This document shows positions 60,360 through 63,285 of a stretch of DNA of 63,285 nt, in pieces. The notes beneath the pieces are model-generated. The model was given only the letters and a program-made list of their open reading frames with translations, searched no databases and had not been told where the DNA came from. The stretch's first letter is position 1; every line of letters starts with the position of its first letter. The stretch comes from Perkinsus chesapeaki ATCC PRA-425. Its lineage: Eukaryota; Protista; Perkinsozoa. The position numbers and the translations under genes were made by a program. The stretch spans positions 1 through 63,285 of the forward strand of contig JAAPAO010000144.1 in NCBI GenBank assembly GCA_013115145.1, written 5' to 3'.

Positions 60360-62130
60360 ATGAATCCTAGTGGTTTCCATCCGATTGGCTTCGCTGCACA
60401 ATCGGGGGGACAGGATGAAAACAATAGGACTAGTTCGCAGCAACAGCCTGCTGCTGCTCCACAATGGCAATATTTTCCCGCGCGCCATCAAAATCATCCG
60501 GGGAACGTAAGCCGCGGGGGAGGCCACTATCACCAATACCAGCTTGGTCAGCCGAGCCACCTCTTTTTTGGGTGCTGGAAAAAATATCGAGAATTTTTTC
60601 TTGCACATGTAAATGATCACGTGGATACACTTCAGCACCTATGATGATATTTCTTAACTTCATGAAATCGAGAAACTTGAAATTTTTTGGTGGAAACTTG
60701 CTAGCAGTGTGGGAATATCTGTTCGGCTTCCTCAACCGATGGGTATGACTTGTGAGCTGGATTTCCTTACCGTTATACCGTTATACGGGACTTATGGTCA
60801 AAAAGCGTGTTTTCGGCTGTTCGGTATTTTCCATATTTTCCTAAAATTTTTCTCAAGCTCGACTACAGATGTAGCCAGCCACGTGCGCATTTTCCCATAC
60901 TGCTTGCTAAACTGTGGTATCTTCAAATAAGATGAAGATTTGCTCGACTCATTGGAAAGTTGGATTCGGAGTTCACCGTGATAACTGTCGGCTTTTCTTC
61001 GTCGCGGAATGGCTCTCGAGATTCCTCCCGATTGGCTTACGAAACTCCGATCTGATTCCAGTCTATCTGGATTTAACATTCTCCCTCAAGACATGAGCTT
61101 CACCAGGCTGCTGCACTATTTTCATTTCGTTTAGGTCCAGGCCCCACCGCAGGTAACTTACGTACGATCTACTACCTCTTGCACACAGTACGGGGAGGAG
61201 GGAGGGGTTCATGTGCGTCGCTCCGCTAAGATTTTGTGGATTTTTAGATACTCTAGTGCGCCGATAGGACACCATAATCCTACCGAGGAACAGAAACAGA
61301 ATATGTTCCGAGGGCAGAATTTGGGGGCGATGATGCCTCCTACTAATCCAGCTCTAGGAGGGGGATCAGTCTCTCAGCCATTACAGCCTCAGTATCACCA
61401 AGGTGGATATAGTGCATATGGACAAGGGGTAAGACTTGCCATCCAAAGGTCGTTGGTTCGATCCAGCGGTAGCATAGAGGCACTGGGGAGGTCTCTTATT
61501 CGGTTTCCCGTCTCTATTAAGTCTTCCCAGGCTGGCTCGAACGAAATAAGCTTGGTAGAACTGGTAACTGACTTCTGGGAACTCCGCAAAGCTTTCTGAA
61601 GGAACGATAGATGTTCGGAAATCGTTTCCGATTTGCCATTTTTCCACGCAGCTTGAACTGCGGGTTTCTGATCGTCTAACTAAGCTCATCGAAAGTGTTC
61701 GTATGAAATCAATGCTGAGAGGCCCGCCGGAATTTCGTAAATTTTTTTTAATTTTCTTCTCTACCGTGGTAAAGATAACCCCATATATTTTGCCACGGTT
61801 CTCTGCGTTTCTTAGGCGCCCGTCGAGCGTGTTGTAGTGCCGCAGAGATTCTATACCGGCAGCGGCGGTGGCGTCCGTACAGATATGAATTACACTTCTG
61901 GACAACATTATCCGACGCCAAGAGGAGGGGTGCGCATCCTCCTTCATACCGCTCCTTCCTCTAATCCTTATCAGGTTGCATCCCGTGTTCGACGATATCC
62001 TAGTGAAAGCGTGGCGTCTTCGTCATCTTCAGTAGCGGTGTCAGCCACTGGCACTGTACGATCGCACGAGCCAGTTTCGGCCGTGTACGGAGCGTATCGG
62101 CAGTACGATGCAAGCAGGTGGGATTCCTGA
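60360..62130 (+). CDS. Multi-exon Q/P/G/Y-rich low-complexity protein
   Basis: Exons MNPSGFHPIG..QQQP.., QPQYHQGGYSAYGQG and ..YGAYRQYDASRWDS* separated by A/T-run introns. Confidence 0.45.
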
Positions 62131-62274
62131 GATGGAGAATGTTACTCTTCGAGTTGGAATTTTTTGACGAGAACTTGTTCCAGCGCGGCTGGACCAGCTG
62201 GGGTGGGGAAACTATTTTGGGTTCGAGAATCTGTGATAAGACTTCATAGGTTCAAGCTACGTGCGCGTTAGTTC

Positions 62275-62500
62275 GGGTGAAGCTAAGATACTTATGCGTA
62301 TGTTTTGCACGGGTGAAGCTAAGATCCTTATGCGTATGTTTTGCACGGGTGAAGCTAAGATACTTATGCGTATGTTTTGCACGGGTCAAGCTAAGATCCT
62401 CATGCGTATGTTTTGCACGGGTGAAGCTAAGATCCTTATGCGTATGTTTTGCACGGGTGAAGCTAAGATCCTCATGCGTTAGTTTTGCATGGGTGAAGTG
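62275..62500. repeat. 36-bp tandem repeat, about 6 copies
   Basis: GGTGAAGCTAAGAT(A/C)CT(T/C)ATGCGTATGTTTTGCACG units starting near 62277, 62313, 62349, 62385, 62421 and 62457. Confidence 0.95.
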
Positions 62501-62584
62501 AAGCTAGTTAGGCCCCGATTCTACAAGCAAAACGACTTCATTTTTTTCTGTTTTAGCGGTAACTCATTCACTTACGGCAATCAG

Positions 62585-62960
62585 GCTACGACGACATTCA
62601 AAGCTACTACAGGGTCGATGCGTAAGCTGGAGGTCGTGGGTTCGATCCCGGCACATGTCATTTAATGTCAGGAAGCAGCGCTGTTATATTACTGATGGGA
62701 GCGTACAGTGAAGAGCTTTGCATCAGCGCGAAGCAGGCCATTCTCATGGTTCCAGGAGTCCTGGCTGTGACGACTCAGCAGGTGCGTTGAGGAAATGCAA
62801 GATTGCAAGATTGCAAGATTTGTCATCACTTTGATTGATAGGTTACGTGGGCGCGGAAACAGAAAGCTTATGCGACGGTATCGTTGGTAAGGGGGCTTAA
62901 TTCAGCAATGCAAAGCGCATTGTTGCGGTCGTTGGAGGAAGCGGGGATACAGGTGAGGTG
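62585..62960 (+). CDS. Partial multi-exon hypothetical gene
   Basis: ATTTFKATTGSMR|SSAVILLMGAYSEELCISAKQAILMVPGVLAVTTQQ|VTWARKQKAYATVSL; phases are consistent. Confidence 0.45.
62622..62671 (+). other. 50-nt intron that is a sense tRNA-Thr(CGT)-like 3' half
   Basis: C|GT AA GCTGG AGGTC GTGGG TTCGATC CCGGC ACATGTC A TTT AATGTCAG; the donor GTAAG is anticodon-loop sequence. Confidence 0.7.
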
Positions 62961-62987
62961 GAATTGTTTCGCAGAATGGTTACTTTT

Positions 62988-63285
62988 TATATCTCCTCCT
63001 CCTCCATATCACTAGTAACATATTCCCTATCAAACTCCTTTCTATTATATCTCCTCCTCCATATCGCTAGTAACATATTCCCTATCAAACTCCTTTCTAT
63101 TATATCTCCTCCTCCATATCACTAGTAACATATTCCCTATCAAACTCCTTTCTATTATATCTCCTCCTCCATATCGCTAGTAACATATTCCCTATCAAAC
63201 TCCTTTCTATTATATCTCCTCCTCCATATCGCTAGTAACATATTCCCTATCAAACTCCTTTCTATTATATCTCCTCCTCCATATC
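62988..63285. repeat. 55-bp minisatellite running off the window end
   Basis: Units start at 63019, 63074, 63129, 63184 and 63239; same family as 47556-47756. Confidence 0.95.

Overview
Eukaryotic, intron-rich genomic DNA with compact genes and mostly 40-60 nt GT-AG introns. Gene content and style suggest a Perkinsus-like alveolate parasite (inference; no search was run). Recognisable genes: two tandem intronless Plasmodium-type purine nucleoside phosphorylases, a cathepsin-L-like protease, a family I inorganic pyrophosphatase, a sterol 3-beta-glucosyltransferase (GT1), prefoldin subunit 3, a Tag-type 3-methyladenine DNA glycosylase, a signal-peptide histidine phosphatase, two signal-peptide GNAT-like genes, five paralogous intronless secreted Cys-rich proteins of unknown function, and one tRNA-Pro(TGG). 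There are three minisatellite types and clusters of perfect odd-length palindromes. The most unusual signal: about eight spliceosomal introns in unrelated genes consist largely of tRNA 3'-portion sequence (anticodon loop or stem, variable loop, T-arm, acceptor strand). They occur in both orientations, and tRNA-derived bases often supply the GT or AG splice dinucleotide. This looks like a tRNA-derived, introner-like intron family, or tRNA genes eroded inside host introns. All gene models were spliced by eye, so exon boundaries outside the quoted junctions are approximate.
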